Assembly (NCBI GenBank): GCA_965215335.1
Contig: CBDCDA010000001.1
Coordinates: 64,001 to 128,000, forward strand
Reading direction: 5' to 3'
Source of the DNA: an uncultured Candidatus Entotheonella sp.
GTDB taxonomy: Bacteria; Tectomicrobia; Entotheonellia; Entotheonellales; Entotheonellaceae
Length of the DNA: 64,000 bases
Below the pieces are notes generated by a model. It had not been told where the DNA came from. It was given only the letters and a program-made list of their open reading frames with translations, and did not search any database. Positions 10,374-21,183 of this stretch are shown one piece after another. The position numbers were made by a program, and so were the translations under genes. Numbering within the stretch: position 1 is the first letter of the stretch; every line of letters starts with the position of its first letter.

Positions 10374-10525
10374 GGACCTTTTTCGCCCCCATTAAAATTG
10401 AAAAGAATCCGCCCGAGTCACTCTGACGGAAAGCCTGCCCCGTACTTTGATACAGGATCGCTGGATTCCAGCATGCGATTGTACCATCCTTCGATAAACT
10501 CGAAGAAAGCACCGCTATAGGCAGG

Positions 10526-11566
10526 TTAAAATGCGTTCACCCTGTCGATGCCCTGACCGGCGTGCCCGAAAGCCTGCGCCAGGAGTTCGTAGCTGCGTCG
10601 GCGCACGGTCTCGTCGTAGGTCCAGGTGACGACCGCGACTTCCTGCACGCCGAGGTCGGCGGCGAGCTCGCGGATACGAGCCGCCACGTGCTCCTTGGTG
10701 CCCACCAGCGATTCGCGGCGCAGTTGTTCCACCCGCTTCGCCTCGGCGGGGCTCAGCGGTTGCACGGCGGCCACGCCGGGCGCTTCAAACGGCAGAAACA
10801 CGCCGCGGTCGCGTGACAGGCGCCAGATAGCCCGCGAGGTGAAGTGATACTGCGCCTCTTCCTCGCTGTCGGCGGCCAGCGCCCACACGCAGATGCCGGC
10901 GTGCGGATGCGGGTGCCGCTCGCTGGGTCGATAGGCCCCCTGATAAATCCGTAGCGCCTGCCGGGCGCCCTGGCCGTCGGTGAAGAACCAGGCGAAGCAG
11001 TACGGCAGGCCGAAATGCGCTGCTACTTGCGCACCATAGGTCGAGCTGCCGAGAATCCACGTCTCCGGCACGGTATCGCTCATCGGGTGCGCCTTGACGG
11101 CGGCGAACGGATGGCCGTCCGCCAGCGGCACGCCGCTCACCCAGGCCAGCAGGTCGCGCACGTCGGCGGGGAATTGTGCCGGGCGCTCATTCGCCAGCGG
11201 GTGCAGGGCAAAGGCCGTCAGGCCGTCCGAGCCGGGGGCGCGTCCCAACCCCAGGTCGATGCGCCCGGGTGCCAGGGCGTCGAGCACGCGGAACTGCTCG
11301 GCGACCTTGAACGGCGCGTAGTGCGGCAACATGATTCCGGCGCTGCCGACACGGATGCGTGACGTGGTGGCGGCAATGGCGCTGATCAGGATTTCCGGCG
11401 CCGTGCCGAGAATGGTCGGGTGGTTGTGGTGTTCGGACACCCAGAAGCGCGCATAGCCCAACCGTTCACAGTGCTGCGCCAGCGTCACGGTGTTGCGGAT
11501 GGCGACATGGGCGGGTTGACCAGCGGCGGCGATGGTCTGATCAAGAACGGAAAGAGGCTGCACCAT
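10526..11566 (-). CDS. LLM-class flavin-dependent oxidoreductase (luciferase-like)
   Basis: LSVLDQ, WVSEHHN, GRIDLGLGRAPG. Confidence 0.92.
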   Translation of the reverse strand: MVQPLSVLDQTIAAAGQPAHVAIRNTVTLAQHCERLGYARFWVSEHHNHPTILGTAPEILISAIAATTSRIRVGSAGIMLPHYAPFKVAEQFRVLDALAPGRIDLGLGRAPGSDGLTAFALHPLANERPAQFPADVRDLLAWVSGVPLADGHPFAAVKAHPMSDTVPETWILGSSTYGAQVAAHFGLPYCFAWFFTDGQGARQALRIYQGAYRPSERHPHPHAGICVWALAADSEEEAQYHFTSRAIWRLSRDRGVFLPFEAPGVAAVQPLSPAEAKRVEQLRRESLVGTKEHVAARIRELAADLGVQEVAVVTWTYDETVRRRSYELLAQAFGHAGQGIDRVNAF

Positions 11567-11575
11567 GCGGCTCTC

Positions 11576-12985
11576 TCAGCCGGCCAGCTGGCGCACGTCG
11601 GTGAGACGACCCGTGACCGCGGCGGCGGCGGCCATCGCCGGGCTGACGAGATGGGTGCGGGCGTCACGGCCCTGGCGACCCTCGAAGTTGCGGTTCGAGG
11701 TGGAAGCACAGCGCTTGCCGGGTGGCACACGATCGGGGTTCATGCCCAGGCACATGGAACAGCCGGATTCGCGCCACTGGAAGCCGGCGGCGATGAAGAC
11801 CCGGTCCAGCCCCTCGGCCTCGGCCTGCTGTTTGATCAGCGACGACCCCGGCGACACCATCGCATCCACGTGGGTGGCAACCCGGCGGCCGCGCAGGATG
11901 TCGGCGGCGGCGCGCAGATCCTCGATGCGGCTGTTGGTGCACGAGCCGATGAAGACGTTGTCGATGGTCACGTCGGTCATCCGGGTGCCCGGCGTCAGTC
12001 CCATGTAGTCGAGCGAGCGGCGCATGGCGGCGCGCTTGGCTTCCGTGGGCGCCTCCTGCGGGTCGGGCACCACGCCGGTAATCGGCACCACGTCCTCGGG
12101 ACTGGTGCCCCAGGTCACCTGCGGGGCGATGTCCGCCGCGTCGATCCGCACCTCCCGGTCATACACGGCCCCGTCGTCGGATGTGAGCGTCCGCCAATAA
12201 GCCACCGCGGCGTCCCATTGGACGCCGCGCGGCGCCATGGGACGGCCCTTGAGGTAGGCGAAGGTCTTGTCGTCGGGCGCCACCAGACCGGCGCGAGCGC
12301 CGGCTTCAATGGTCATGTTGCTGACGGTCATGCGGCCTTCCATGGACAGGTCGCGAAAGGCGCATCCGACGTATTCGACGATATGGCCGGTGCCGCCGGC
12401 GGTGCCGATGCGTCCGATAATGGTCAGGACGAGGTCCTTGCCGGTGCAGCCCGGCGGCAGTGGGTCGTCGACCAGCACCCGCATGTTCCTGGGCTTGGAG
12501 GTGCGTAGCGTTTGCGTGGCCAGTACGTGCTCGCCCTCGGAGGTGCCGATGCCGAACGCCAGCGCCCCGAAGGCGCCGTGCGTGGCGGTATGGCTGTCGC
12601 AGCACACCACCGTGGTGCCCGGCAGGGTGAATCCCTGCTCCGGCCCGATGACGTGCACGATGCCCTGGCGTGGGTCCAGCATGTCGAAGATCGGCACGCC
12701 GAATTCCTTGCAGTTGGTGCTCAGGGTCTCGACCTGCAGGCGCGATTCCGGGTCCTCAATGCCTTGCCGTCGGTCGGTGGTGGGAACGTTGTGGTCGGCC
12801 ACGGCCAGGGTCGCATCGCGCCGCCGTACCTGGCGCCCAGCCAGCCGCAGACCCTCGAAGGCTTGTGGCGACAGCACTTCGTGCAGCAGATGGCGGTCGA
12901 TGTACAGGATTGTCGTGCCGTCGTCCTGCACGTCCACGACATGGCTCTGCCAGATTTTATCGAACAAGGTCTGTGGGCTCGCCAC
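11576..12985 (-). CDS. leuC: 3-isopropylmalate dehydratase large subunit
   Basis: [39 protein letters not shown]. Confidence 0.93.
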   Translation of the reverse strand: MASPQTLFDKIWQSHVVDVQDDGTTILYIDRHLLHEVLSPQAFEGLRLAGRQVRRRDATLAVADHNVPTTDRRQGIEDPESRLQVETLSTNCKEFGVPIFDMLDPRQGIVHVIGPEQGFTLPGTTVVCCDSHTATHGAFGALAFGIGTSEGEHVLATQTLRTSKPRNMRVLVDDPLPPGCTGKDLVLTIIGRIGTAGGTGHIVEYVGCAFRDLSMEGRMTVSNMTIEAGARAGLVAPDDKTFAYLKGRPMAPRGVQWDAAVAYWRTLTSDDGAVYDREVRIDAADIAPQVTWGTSPEDVVPITGVVPDPQEAPTEAKRAAMRRSLDYMGLTPGTRMTDVTIDNVFIGSCTNSRIEDLRAAADILRGRRVATHVDAMVSPGSSLIKQQAEAEGLDRVFIAAGFQWRESGCSMCLGMNPDRVPPGKRCASTSNRNFEGRQGRDARTHLVSPAMAAAAAVTGRLTDVRQLAG

Positions 12986-13026
12986 AGCGTCTCTCCTTCA
13001 CTCGCCACGCTCGTGCGAATTTGTTT

Positions 13027-13671
13027 TTACGCTCGACTGACGCTCGCTGTGGGCCCGGCCGGGGCGTACAGCCAGGGCTGCTGTTGTCTCTGCACCGCCT
13101 CGAAGGCGTCGATCTTGTCGGCTTTCTGCAGCGTCAGGCCGATGTCGTCGAGGCCGTTCAACAGGCAGTCACGCCGGAAGTCGTCGATCTCGAAGGTTAT
13201 CTGCTCGCCATTGGGCCGGGTGATTTTCAGGGCTTCGAGATCCACCGTCAGCCGGGGGTTTTCCGGGTCGTCGGCGTCGTTCAGCAACAGGCGCCAGTCG
13301 TCCTTGCCAACGGTGACGGGCAGGATGCCGTTCTTGAAGCAATTGTTGTAGAAGATGTCGGCAAAGCTGGTGGAGATGATGCAGCGGATGCCGAAGTCGA
13401 GCAGCGCCCAAGGGGCGTGCTCGCGCGACGACCCGCAGCCGAAATTGTCCCCGGCGACGAGGATGCCGGCCCGGCGGTACGGCTCGCGATTGAGCACGAA
13501 GTCCGGCTTTTCGCTGCCATCGGCGTTGAAGCGCAACTCGTCGAAGACCACCTTGCCGAGGCCCGTCCGCTTGATGGTGCGCAGGTGCAGCTTAGGGATG
13601 ATCTGGTCGGTGTCGATGTTCATCATGTCCATGGGCGTCGCAATGCCGCTCAGGGTCGTGAATTTTTCCAT
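13027..13671 (-). CDS. leuD: 3-isopropylmalate dehydratase small subunit
   Basis: [25 protein letters not shown]. Confidence 0.93.
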   Translation of the reverse strand: MEKFTTLSGIATPMDMMNIDTDQIIPKLHLRTIKRTGLGKVVFDELRFNADGSEKPDFVLNREPYRRAGILVAGDNFGCGSSREHAPWALLDFGIRCIISTSFADIFYNNCFKNGILPVTVGKDDWRLLLNDADDPENPRLTVDLEALKITRPNGEQITFEIDDFRRDCLLNGLDDIGLTLQKADKIDAFEAVQRQQQPWLYAPAGPTASVSRA

Positions 13672-13730
13672 AGTGTGGGTCCTTCGGTGCGTGGCGTGGA
13701 TGAAGTGAGTGGGCATTATTAGGACATTTT

Positions 13731-14069
13731 TCAGTCGGCGTCCAGCAGGCGGGCTTGGGGTTGGGAACTGACATACACGATACCACCCTCGACGCGAACT
13801 CGATAGGTGGGCACATCGGTAGCGACCGGGCCGCTGATCAATTCTCCGGTGCGGACGTCAAAGCAGGCGAAGTGCAACGGGCATTCGACACCGTAGCCGT
13901 CCAGACGGCCGCGCGACAGCGGCGCGCGCAGGTGGCCGCATACGTCACTGAGAGCGTAAAACGTTCCCTTGACATTGGCCAGCAGCACCCGTTGCCGCTC
14001 TACGGCGACCCAAGTCATGCTACCGGGAGACAGATCAACGGCTTTACAGACGGGGACAAACTCGGTCAT
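13731..14069 (-). CDS. Rieske-type ferredoxin
   Basis: CGH...ECPLH...FDVRTG. Confidence 0.9.
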   Translation of the reverse strand: MTEFVPVCKAVDLSPGSMTWVAVERQRVLLANVKGTFYALSDVCGHLRAPLSRGRLDGYGVECPLHFACFDVRTGELISGPVATDVPTYRVRVEGGIVYVSSQPQARLLDAD

Positions 14070-14077
14070 AAGAACTA

Positions 14078-14605
14078 GGCTCAGGACCTATAAAGGGTCA
14101 TCATTGAACATATCGGATTCAAGGCTCTGACTCCATGGGGAGGCTCACCATGCCCCGATCATCACTTCTGGCTCTCCGATGCGCAGTTTGCCCGACTCCA
14201 ACCCCTGCTGCCCAACAAGGTGCGCGGCGTCCCACGCGTCGATGACCGAAAGGTCATCAGCGGCATCATCCACGTCATCCGCCATGGTCTCATGTGGCGC
14301 GATGCACCAGCCTGCTACGGTCCCCACAAGACCCTCTACAACCGCTTCGTGCGCTGGAGCCAGGCCGGGGTGTTCGACCGTATCTTCCAGACCCTGGCCT
14401 CAGAAAGCACCGAGACCGAAACCGTGATGATCGACAGCACCCATATCAAGGCGCATCGCACCGCTGCCAGCCTGCTGAAAAAGGGGCTTTTCCGCGTCAG
14501 ATCGGGGCGCACCCGAGGCGGTCTGAACTCCAAGCTCCATGCGGTCTGTGACGGCGATGGCAAGCCCATCGTGCTGTTGTTGACGGCGGGCCAGGTCAGC
14601 CGACT
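14078..14605 (+). mobile_element. Truncated IS5-family (IS427-like) element
   Basis: Left end GGCTCAGGACCTATA matches the 19334 copy. OrfA sequence plus AAAAAAGGGG slippery site; breaks off near 14605. Confidence 0.88.
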
Positions 14606-14656
14606 ATCTGCACGGAACGTCACGCTTCCATGCGATTCCCCCAACCCCAATTGTTC

Positions 14657-15220
14657 TCACGGCTCTGCCATCGTTTCAGCAGGTGGCGGTGCCCCCTCAA
14701 AATAAGCAAGCGCGCCAGGATGCATGGGAATGGCCGGAGACCCTACGCCTGCTGTGGCGGCCTGTGGCAACTCGTCGCGGCGCAGGTCCAGGGTTCTGGT
14801 CACGGCGTAGGCGTGACGGGCGGGGAAGTCGTCGCGGCAAACCAGCAGGTAGCCGTCGAGGATGACGAGGGTGCGCAAGGCGACAGGTCCATACGCCTCG
14901 AACGGCGGCAGGCCGGCGGCCAGTGCAGCCGCGTCGGGCGGCGACATCAGGGCCACGTCGAGTTGTTTGCTGCTGATGAGGCTGGCGATACGTTCGGTGT
15001 GCGGCGCGCGCGTCACCCTGGCCTTGCTGGCGGGCAGGTGGGCAGCCAGGACGGCGGCGACCCGCTTACCCAAGGGATAGGAGGGCGGATCGCTGCGGTC
15101 GGTGAGAATCAGCAGGTGCCGCTGCCGGTAGACCATCCACTGGCGGTAGGGCGTGTGACCGCTGTTCACGAGCCCCAGCGCGCCGATGAGCACGGCATGC
15201 AGAAACCGTCTTCGCCTCAT
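14657..15220 (-). CDS. Exported TAXI-like/periplasmic-binding-fold hypothetical protein
   Basis: MRRRRFL Tat-like leader; IPMHPGALAYF C-terminus typical of TAXI proteins. Confidence 0.55.
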   Translation of the reverse strand: MRRRRFLHAVLIGALGLVNSGHTPYRQWMVYRQRHLLILTDRSDPPSYPLGKRVAAVLAAHLPASKARVTRAPHTERIASLISSKQLDVALMSPPDAAALAAGLPPFEAYGPVALRTLVILDGYLLVCRDDFPARHAYAVTRTLDLRRDELPQAATAGVGSPAIPMHPGALAYFEGAPPPAETMAEP

Positions 15221-15315
15221 GTCGCCTCACAAACGGCGCGGACCGGGCGGGAGGGCTGACCCCCGCACCCGGCCCCGCGTTGGCGGACCGCACGGCAGGA
15301 CGTGCGGATCTGGAT

Positions 15316-16572
15316 TTACTTGAAGATGTCCAGCGGCAGGATGGCCGACACCGTATAATTCGGCACGTCAACCAGCTGGCCGATGCGCAGATCGACGGCC
15401 ACGCTGGCGATGACGTATGCCTGCTGCGCCGTGAAGCCCTTCGCTTCGACCATGTAGTCGATGATTTCGAGCAGGGCGTTGCGCGCCGCCAGTGTCAGGT
15501 TCTCCGACAGGTTGCTCAGCGAGGCAATCTTCTGGCTGTCGAGGTAGGTCTCGTAGATCGGCACCTCGCCGGCGGCCTTGATTGGAATGCCGGTGGTAGC
15601 ATAGAACGAGGAAGGCTCGATGGCCTTGAGCTGCGCGCCGCCCTCGTAGTGCGGCATCGACACGCTAGCGACCATGCCTTTGCGGATTTCCGTGACCACG
15701 GTCACGCGGGCGCCCATTTCAATGGCGGTTCCGGACACCTCGCCGTCGCCCTGCGCGTAATGCACGTCACCGACGAACAGGCCGCAGCCATCCACGAAAC
15801 ACGGCAGCAGGAGCGTGGTGCCGACCTGAATCTGCTTGATGTCCATGTTGCCGCCGTTCTCGCGCGGCGGTATGGTGCGCAGGCAGGTGTCCTTGTGCGC
15901 TCCCTCCGGGCCACAGACGTCCGCTGGCAGGGCACCGGTCGGCTGCGGCATCAGCGCGATGCCGCCGGCTGCGGCGAGCTCGCCCTCGCGCGCCAGGATG
16001 GTCTGGATTTCGGGCTCACCGGGCAGCACGCCGACCGAGCCCATGAAGCCGTTGAACGGTACGGCCACGCCGGGAATTTGATCTGAAGTCGCTTCCAGGC
16101 GGGTCAGGCGCCAGTTGGCGATGAACGGGTCGGGAAATTTGTCGCGCAGGAACCCGAAGCCGGGCACGATGAGCGTGTAGCCGTACTGGTCGGGCTCGAT
16201 GTCCACCAGCGTCACCGCCAGCACGTCGCCGCGTTCGGCGCCTTCGATGTAGGCGGGGCCGGTCATGGGATGGACGAGGTTCAGGTCGAGCGCCGCCAGG
16301 TCGTCGGCGGTGGATTCAAAATTCAGGTCGCTGTCCAGGGCGTCCCGCGTTGCAAAAACGATCTGCTGGCCCGGCTTGGCCCGAGCCGCCGGTTGGATGG
16401 CCGGATGGTAGCGGTTGAAGCAGTTGGGGTCGTCCTGGCAGTGAGCGCCGCTCTTCTCGATCACCACCGTGGACAAGGTCTGAACGTCCGTCGTATCGCC
16501 CAGGACCGGACCGGCGCTCAGCAACACGACCAGCGCCAGCACCCCGCACACTATCGAACCCGTTCGTATCAT
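15316..16572 (-). CDS. Acetamidase/formamidase family protein with signal peptide
   Basis: NRYHPAI, HPMTGP, PPRENGGNMDIK, GDVHYAQGDGE. Confidence 0.92.
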   Translation of the reverse strand: MIRTGSIVCGVLALVVLLSAGPVLGDTTDVQTLSTVVIEKSGAHCQDDPNCFNRYHPAIQPAARAKPGQQIVFATRDALDSDLNFESTADDLAALDLNLVHPMTGPAYIEGAERGDVLAVTLVDIEPDQYGYTLIVPGFGFLRDKFPDPFIANWRLTRLEATSDQIPGVAVPFNGFMGSVGVLPGEPEIQTILAREGELAAAGGIALMPQPTGALPADVCGPEGAHKDTCLRTIPPRENGGNMDIKQIQVGTTLLLPCFVDGCGLFVGDVHYAQGDGEVSGTAIEMGARVTVVTEIRKGMVASVSMPHYEGGAQLKAIEPSSFYATTGIPIKAAGEVPIYETYLDSQKIASLSNLSENLTLAARNALLEIIDYMVEAKGFTAQQAYVIASVAVDLRIGQLVDVPNYTVSAILPLDIFK

Positions 16573-16739
16573 GTCGCCTTCCTCCTCGTTGCCGCATGGC
16601 CCGCGCCGGACCGTACGGCGTGGATTCTCGCCTCGGCTGTGGAGCCCATGCTACGTGGAAAGCCCGTTACTATGCAGGCGGAGCCTCGCCGGGTCAAGCG
16701 AAAAGCCGGGCGGCAATTCGGTCGTTCTCACCCCGGATT

Positions 16740-16780
16740 CCCCCCTCACCCCAACCCTCTCCCGCCGTGGGGAGAAGGAG
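16740..16780. repeat. REP-like palindrome
   Basis: CCCCCTCACCCCAACCCTCTCCC...GGGGAGAAGG intergenic hairpin type. Confidence 0.55.
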
Positions 16781-16908
16781 TAGCAGTTCCGCTGGCGCAA
16801 ATGGAACTCATCCGATAGCCTAAACCCGATGTCGGGGTCCGGAGCTCGGGGCGTGGGCGCCGGTGAGAAACATTCATCACAGGTAACGTAGCGAAGGAGA
16901 CGTGAGAG

Positions 16909-17661
16909 ATGCGTGACAAGGTGGCGATCATTACGGGCGCGGGCAGCGGTATCGGCCGGGAAGCGGCGCTGGCGTTGCTGCGGGCGGGATACGCGGTGGC
17001 GCTGGCCGGGCGGCGGGCCGAGCGCCTGGAGGAGACGGTGAAAGCGGCCGGCGATGAGGGCTCGCGGGCACTGGCGGTCCCTACCGACGTGGCCGACCCG
17101 GTCTCAATACGGGCACTGTTTTCCAAGACCAAGGAGGCGTTCGGGCGCCTGGACGTGCTGTTCAACAACGCCGGCACCGGCGCGCCGCCCGTACCGCTGG
17201 AAGACCTCACCTACGAACAGTGGAAGACCGTGGTGGACATCAACCTGACCGGCGCCTTTCTGTGTACCCAGGAGGCATTCAAATTGATGAAGGTCCAGGA
17301 CCCCATGGGCGGACGCATCGTCAACAACGGCTCCATCTCGGCCACCACACCGCGGCCCAACTCGGCGCCGTACACGTCCACCAAACACGGCATGACGGGT
17401 CTCACCAAGGCCACTTCGCTGGACGGGCGCAAGTACAACATCGCCTGCGGTCAGATCGATATCGGCAACGCCGCCACCGAGATGACCCAGCGCATGCAGG
17501 GCGGCGTGTTGCAGGCACACGGCGAGGTGATGGTGGAACCGACCATGGATGCCGCCCACGTGGCCGACGCCGTGGTGTACATGGCCGGGCTGCCGCTGGA
17601 CGCGAACGTGCAGTTCATCACGGTGATGGCGACGAAGATGCCGTTCATCGGCCGGGGGTGA
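16909..17661 (+). CDS. SDR family oxidoreductase
   Basis: [17 protein letters not shown]. Confidence 0.95.
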   Translation: MRDKVAIITGAGSGIGREAALALLRAGYAVALAGRRAERLEETVKAAGDEGSRALAVPTDVADPVSIRALFSKTKEAFGRLDVLFNNAGTGAPPVPLEDLTYEQWKTVVDINLTGAFLCTQEAFKLMKVQDPMGGRIVNNGSISATTPRPNSAPYTSTKHGMTGLTKATSLDGRKYNIACGQIDIGNAATEMTQRMQGGVLQAHGEVMVEPTMDAAHVADAVVYMAGLPLDANVQFITVMATKMPFIGRG

Positions 17662-17664
17662 GAC

Positions 17665-18033
17665 TCACAGCAAGTCCCTCCCCTCCGCCAGCGCCCGGCT
17701 GACGAAGCAGTTGCCGGCGGCCAGCATGTCATCCAATTCGGTGCGGGTATAGACGACGAGGTCGACGGGGATGCCGACGCCCTCGGGCCGGTACACGGCG
17801 GCGCGCTCGGAATACGGCAGGTCGGTCACATGCAGCACCAGCAGCACGTCGGCGTCGCTTCCAGGAACGGCGTCGCCGCGCTGCAAAGACCCAAACAGCA
17901 CCGCGCGCTCAATCTCCGGGCGCCGTACCTTCAGCGCCTCCATCGTTTCCTGAAGGCGCTGGATCGTCTCCTTTCGGTTTAGCCAGGACACCTTCACAGA
18001 AGACGATAATGTTTTCGGCGTTGGATACTGCAC
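17665..18033 (-). CDS. Minimal nucleotidyltransferase (MNT antitoxin); start uncertain
   Basis: LFGSLQRGD..GSDADVL...VDLVVY. Confidence 0.85.
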   Translation of the reverse strand: MQYPTPKTLSSSVKVSWLNRKETIQRLQETMEALKVRRPEIERAVLFGSLQRGDAVPGSDADVLLVLHVTDLPYSERAAVYRPEGVGIPVDLVVYTRTELDDMLAAGNCFVSRALAEGRDLL

Positions 18034-18367
18034 GAACGGCCTCCCCCTGCATGTAATGTTCAAACGGCGCGCCTGCCGGATGTGAATTGGGATACCGAGC
18101 CGGTATGTAGTGGCGGTCCAGTTCCCTCGCTGCATTCAGCAACTCGGTCTCGACCGCACGAGAAACCGGTAACGCCTTCAACAAATCCGTGACCGAATGG
18201 CCCCAGGCTTCCCCGCCCAGTTTCTGGAAAACGGCCTTGATCACCTTCTCGGCGGCTTGTTGAGCGGCAAAACAGGCCCACTCGTAATGGCCGCCCTCAA
18301 TGCACCAGCGGGCGAGTTCCACGTCCCGTTGCCCCTGGTTGAACCAGTCTTGATGTCGGCTTGCCAT
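17909..18367 (-). CDS. HEPN domain protein
   Basis: WACFAAQQAAEK, WGHS, YIPARYP. Confidence 0.88.
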   Translation of the reverse strand: MASRHQDWFNQGQRDVELARWCIEGGHYEWACFAAQQAAEKVIKAVFQKLGGEAWGHSVTDLLKALPVSRAVETELLNAARELDRHYIPARYPNSHPAGAPFEHYMQGEAVRAVSNAENIIVFCEGVLAKPKGDDPAPSGNDGGAEGTAPGD

Positions 18368-18492
18368 GTGGCCTGTTTCCGAGGTGGAAAATGCGTACAC
18401 TCACGCAAGAGGGTGTTTGTGAATGATTCTGAAGCCGCTTGGGCCGGTTTCAGAGGTTGTCTTGCCGGGCCTCATCGCCGCGGGCGCCATGC

Positions 18493-18555
18493 CTGGGAGC
18501 GCGGGCTTCCAGCCCCGCAAAGCGGAACCCTGCGGGCAAGATGCCCGTGCTCCCG
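18493..18555. repeat. REP/REPIN-like inverted repeat
   Basis: GGGAGCGCGGGC...GCCCGTGCTCCC inverted pair with internal hairpins. Confidence 0.6.
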
Positions 18556-18674
18556 GAGAGGCAGCGCTATTCACAAACGCCCTCCATGACTGTCCCATTC
18601 TCAGGACCCCGGCAAGCCGCCGTCAAGACCGGGATTCTGCCTCGGAGAATCTGTTTCATAAGGGCATCTCTAGG

Positions 18675-19330
18675 TGTACAGTCCCGGAGATTGATGGTGC
18701 GATCCTTTCCGTGCAATCGAAGGAGGCCCTATGGGACAGGTGCTTCACGGAAGCACCACGACCACGCACGCCGTCAGAAAAGCAATACAGCAATTGAGAG
18801 AGCCGCTCAAGAAACTGAGCCAAACCTGTGGCATCAACCCCAAGACCGTCCGAAAATGGCGAAAGCGAAACACCGTCGAAGACCACAAGACAGGACCCGG
18901 ACAACCGCGCCCGACACTTCTCGGCGAGGACGAGGAAGCCCTCATCGTGGCCTTCCGCCGCCACACCCTGCTGCCACTCGACGACTGCCTCCATGCGCTC
19001 AAACCGAGACCCTCCCGCATCTCACCCGTTCGTCACGCCATCGCTGCCTGAGGCGTCATGACATCAGCCGCCTGCCGCAAAAGAGGGGGGCGACAAACCC
19101 GAAAGGTAGCGCTTCAGGCGCTACCCTATCGGCTATTTCCATGTCGACATTGCCGAACTGCGCACCGCCGAGGGCAAACTCCATCTGTTCATCGCCATCG
19201 ACCGGACCTCGAAATTCGCCTTTCGCCAGGCTGGTGGAACGCGCCACCACGAAAGGAGCGGCAGCATTCCTGGACGACCTGGTTGCAGCCGTGCCCTGCC
19301 AGGTCCATACGGTGCTGACCGACGATACAC
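18675..19330 (+). mobile_element. IS481-family remnant (frameshifted, cut by IS5)
   Basis: TGT start; MGQVLHGS.TTTHAVR, INPKTVRKW, LLPLDDCL, YPIGYFHVDIAE spread over several frames. Confidence 0.88.
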
Positions 19331-19333
19331 CTA

Positions 19334-20176
19334 GGCTCAGGACCTATAAAAGGGTATCATTGATCATGTAGGATTCAAGACCCTAACTTCATAAGGAGGT
19401 TCATCATGCCCGATCACTGCTTCTGGCTATCCGACGTGCAGTTTGCCCGCCTGAAACCCCTGCTACCCACCAAGGTGCGGGGCGTCCCACGCGTCGATGA
19501 CCGAAAAGTCATCAGCGGCATCATCCACGTCATTCGATACGGTCTGATGTGGCGCCACGCGCCCGCCTGCTACGGTCCCCACAAGACGCTCTACAACCGC
19601 TTCGTGCGCTGGAGCAAGGCCGGTGTCTTCGACCGCATCTTCCAAACCTTGGCCGCCGACAGCACGGCCACCGAGACCGTCATGATCGACAGCACGCATC
19701 TCAAGGCGCATCGCACCGCTGCCAGCCTGCTTGAGGGGGGGCTTTTCCGCGTCATATCGGGCGTACCCGAGGCGGCCTCGACTCGAAACTTCACGCCGTC
19801 TGCGACGGCGACGGCAAGCCCGTCGTCATGGTGTTGACTGCGGGCCAGGTCAGCGACTATCGCGGGGCGGACATGGCGCTGCCCGCATTGCCGGAGGCCG
19901 ACGTGCTGATTGCCGACAAGGGTTATGACAGCAACCGGCTGCGCAAGGCGCTTGCCGAGCGCAAGATCAAGCCCTGTATTCCAGGCCGTGCCAATCGTAA
20001 AGAGCCGATTGTCTACGACACGGAGCTTTACAAGAGCCGTAATCTCATCGAGCGCCTGTTCGGTCGTCTCAAGGATTGGCGTCGCATCGCCACGCGCTAT
20101 GACCGGTGTGCGCACACCTTTTTCAGTGCCATCTGCCTTGCTGCCACGGTCATCTTCTGGATATGAGTCCTGAACC
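19334..20176 (+). mobile_element. Complete IS5-family (IS427-like) element, split transposase orfA 19406-19837 and orfB about 19740-20166
   Basis: Imperfect TIRs GGCTCAGGAC / GTCCTGAACC flanked by TA; ADKGYDS, RNLIERLFGRLKDWRRIATRYD. Confidence 0.92.
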
Positions 20177-20701
20177 TAAGCACAACCGGGTGTGAGATGT
20201 GTCGACTGCGATCTTTGACAGGCAATTTCCCGTTGCCGAGCGGCGAAATCTCCCTGGAAGTCGAGTTCATGTTCATACCGACACGGTGTGAATTGCCGAC
20301 CCTGGCATCTTTGACCATCCCATGAGGCATTTTTCGAGGTGCCCTGTATGTCCTTGTTTGTGGATTTCTCGACATGACTCCAGTGTCAATTACATCAACG
20401 TATATCGACGGTGTTTTTATCGTCCGCAAGGCCAAGCGGATGCCCTCAAACACCCGACAGGAGTACAGAAGTGCAGGTGCCAGACGCAAACGTCGCCACG
20501 AATATGTAAATTCTCTTGATTCAGCGAGATACCATACCGATGTGTTCCAGAGAATGATCGATAAGATTCAGCGCATGACTGGCGACACCGCCCCAGAGAC
20601 GGACAAGGCGCTGGAACAAGGGTATTTTTGAGGTTCAGTCAAGTGCAATACCGGGCGGTGGGGCGACCGTCTACCCAATGGTCCGGCAGGGAAAATATGG
20701 T

Positions 20702-21166
20702 TCAAGGTGAGGCGAAAATCTCCACCAACCGCTGCTGCCGGTAGTCGAAGATACGCTCCAGGGTGCGGCGCACGAACAGCCGATGCGCCAACGCGCCCAG
20801 GAAGCCGCAGGGCAGGGCATAGGTCACTTGGTCGATCACCCAGGTGCCGCCGGGGGCGTCCTGGAATTCGTGCACATGGTGCCAGTAGCGATAAGGACCG
20901 GAGAGTTGCACGTCAACGAAGCGCACCGTGGGTTCGAACGTTTCGATGCGCGTTCGCCAGCGCATGGGAACGCCGCCCAGGCGGATGCGGTAGTCGATGA
21001 GGGCACCGCGGCGCATGTCCAGCGGCAGGGGGGTGAGGATACGGAAGTCGAGAAACGCCGGGGTGAGCATGTCGAGATTGCGGGCCTCGGAGAAGAAGGC
21101 GAACACCTCGTCGCGCGGACGCGGCACGAAGTGTTGACGTTCCAGCCGATGCACCGTGTCCCTCAC
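20702..21166 (-). CDS. SRPBCC family protein
   Basis: VFAFFS..NL..LTP, FVDVQLSGPY.YWHH.HEF, IFDYR. Confidence 0.85.
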   Translation of the reverse strand: MRDTVHRLERQHFVPRPRDEVFAFFSEARNLDMLTPAFLDFRILTPLPLDMRRGALIDYRIRLGGVPMRWRTRIETFEPTVRFVDVQLSGPYRYWHHVHEFQDAPGGTWVIDQVTYALPCGFLGALAHRLFVRRTLERIFDYRQQRLVEIFASP

Positions 21167-21183
21167 CCTTGGCCAGGCCGTCC

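Noticed and set aside
20374..20631. 85-aa ORF after the IS cluster
   Set aside because: No recognisable motif or RBS; probably a gene fragment.
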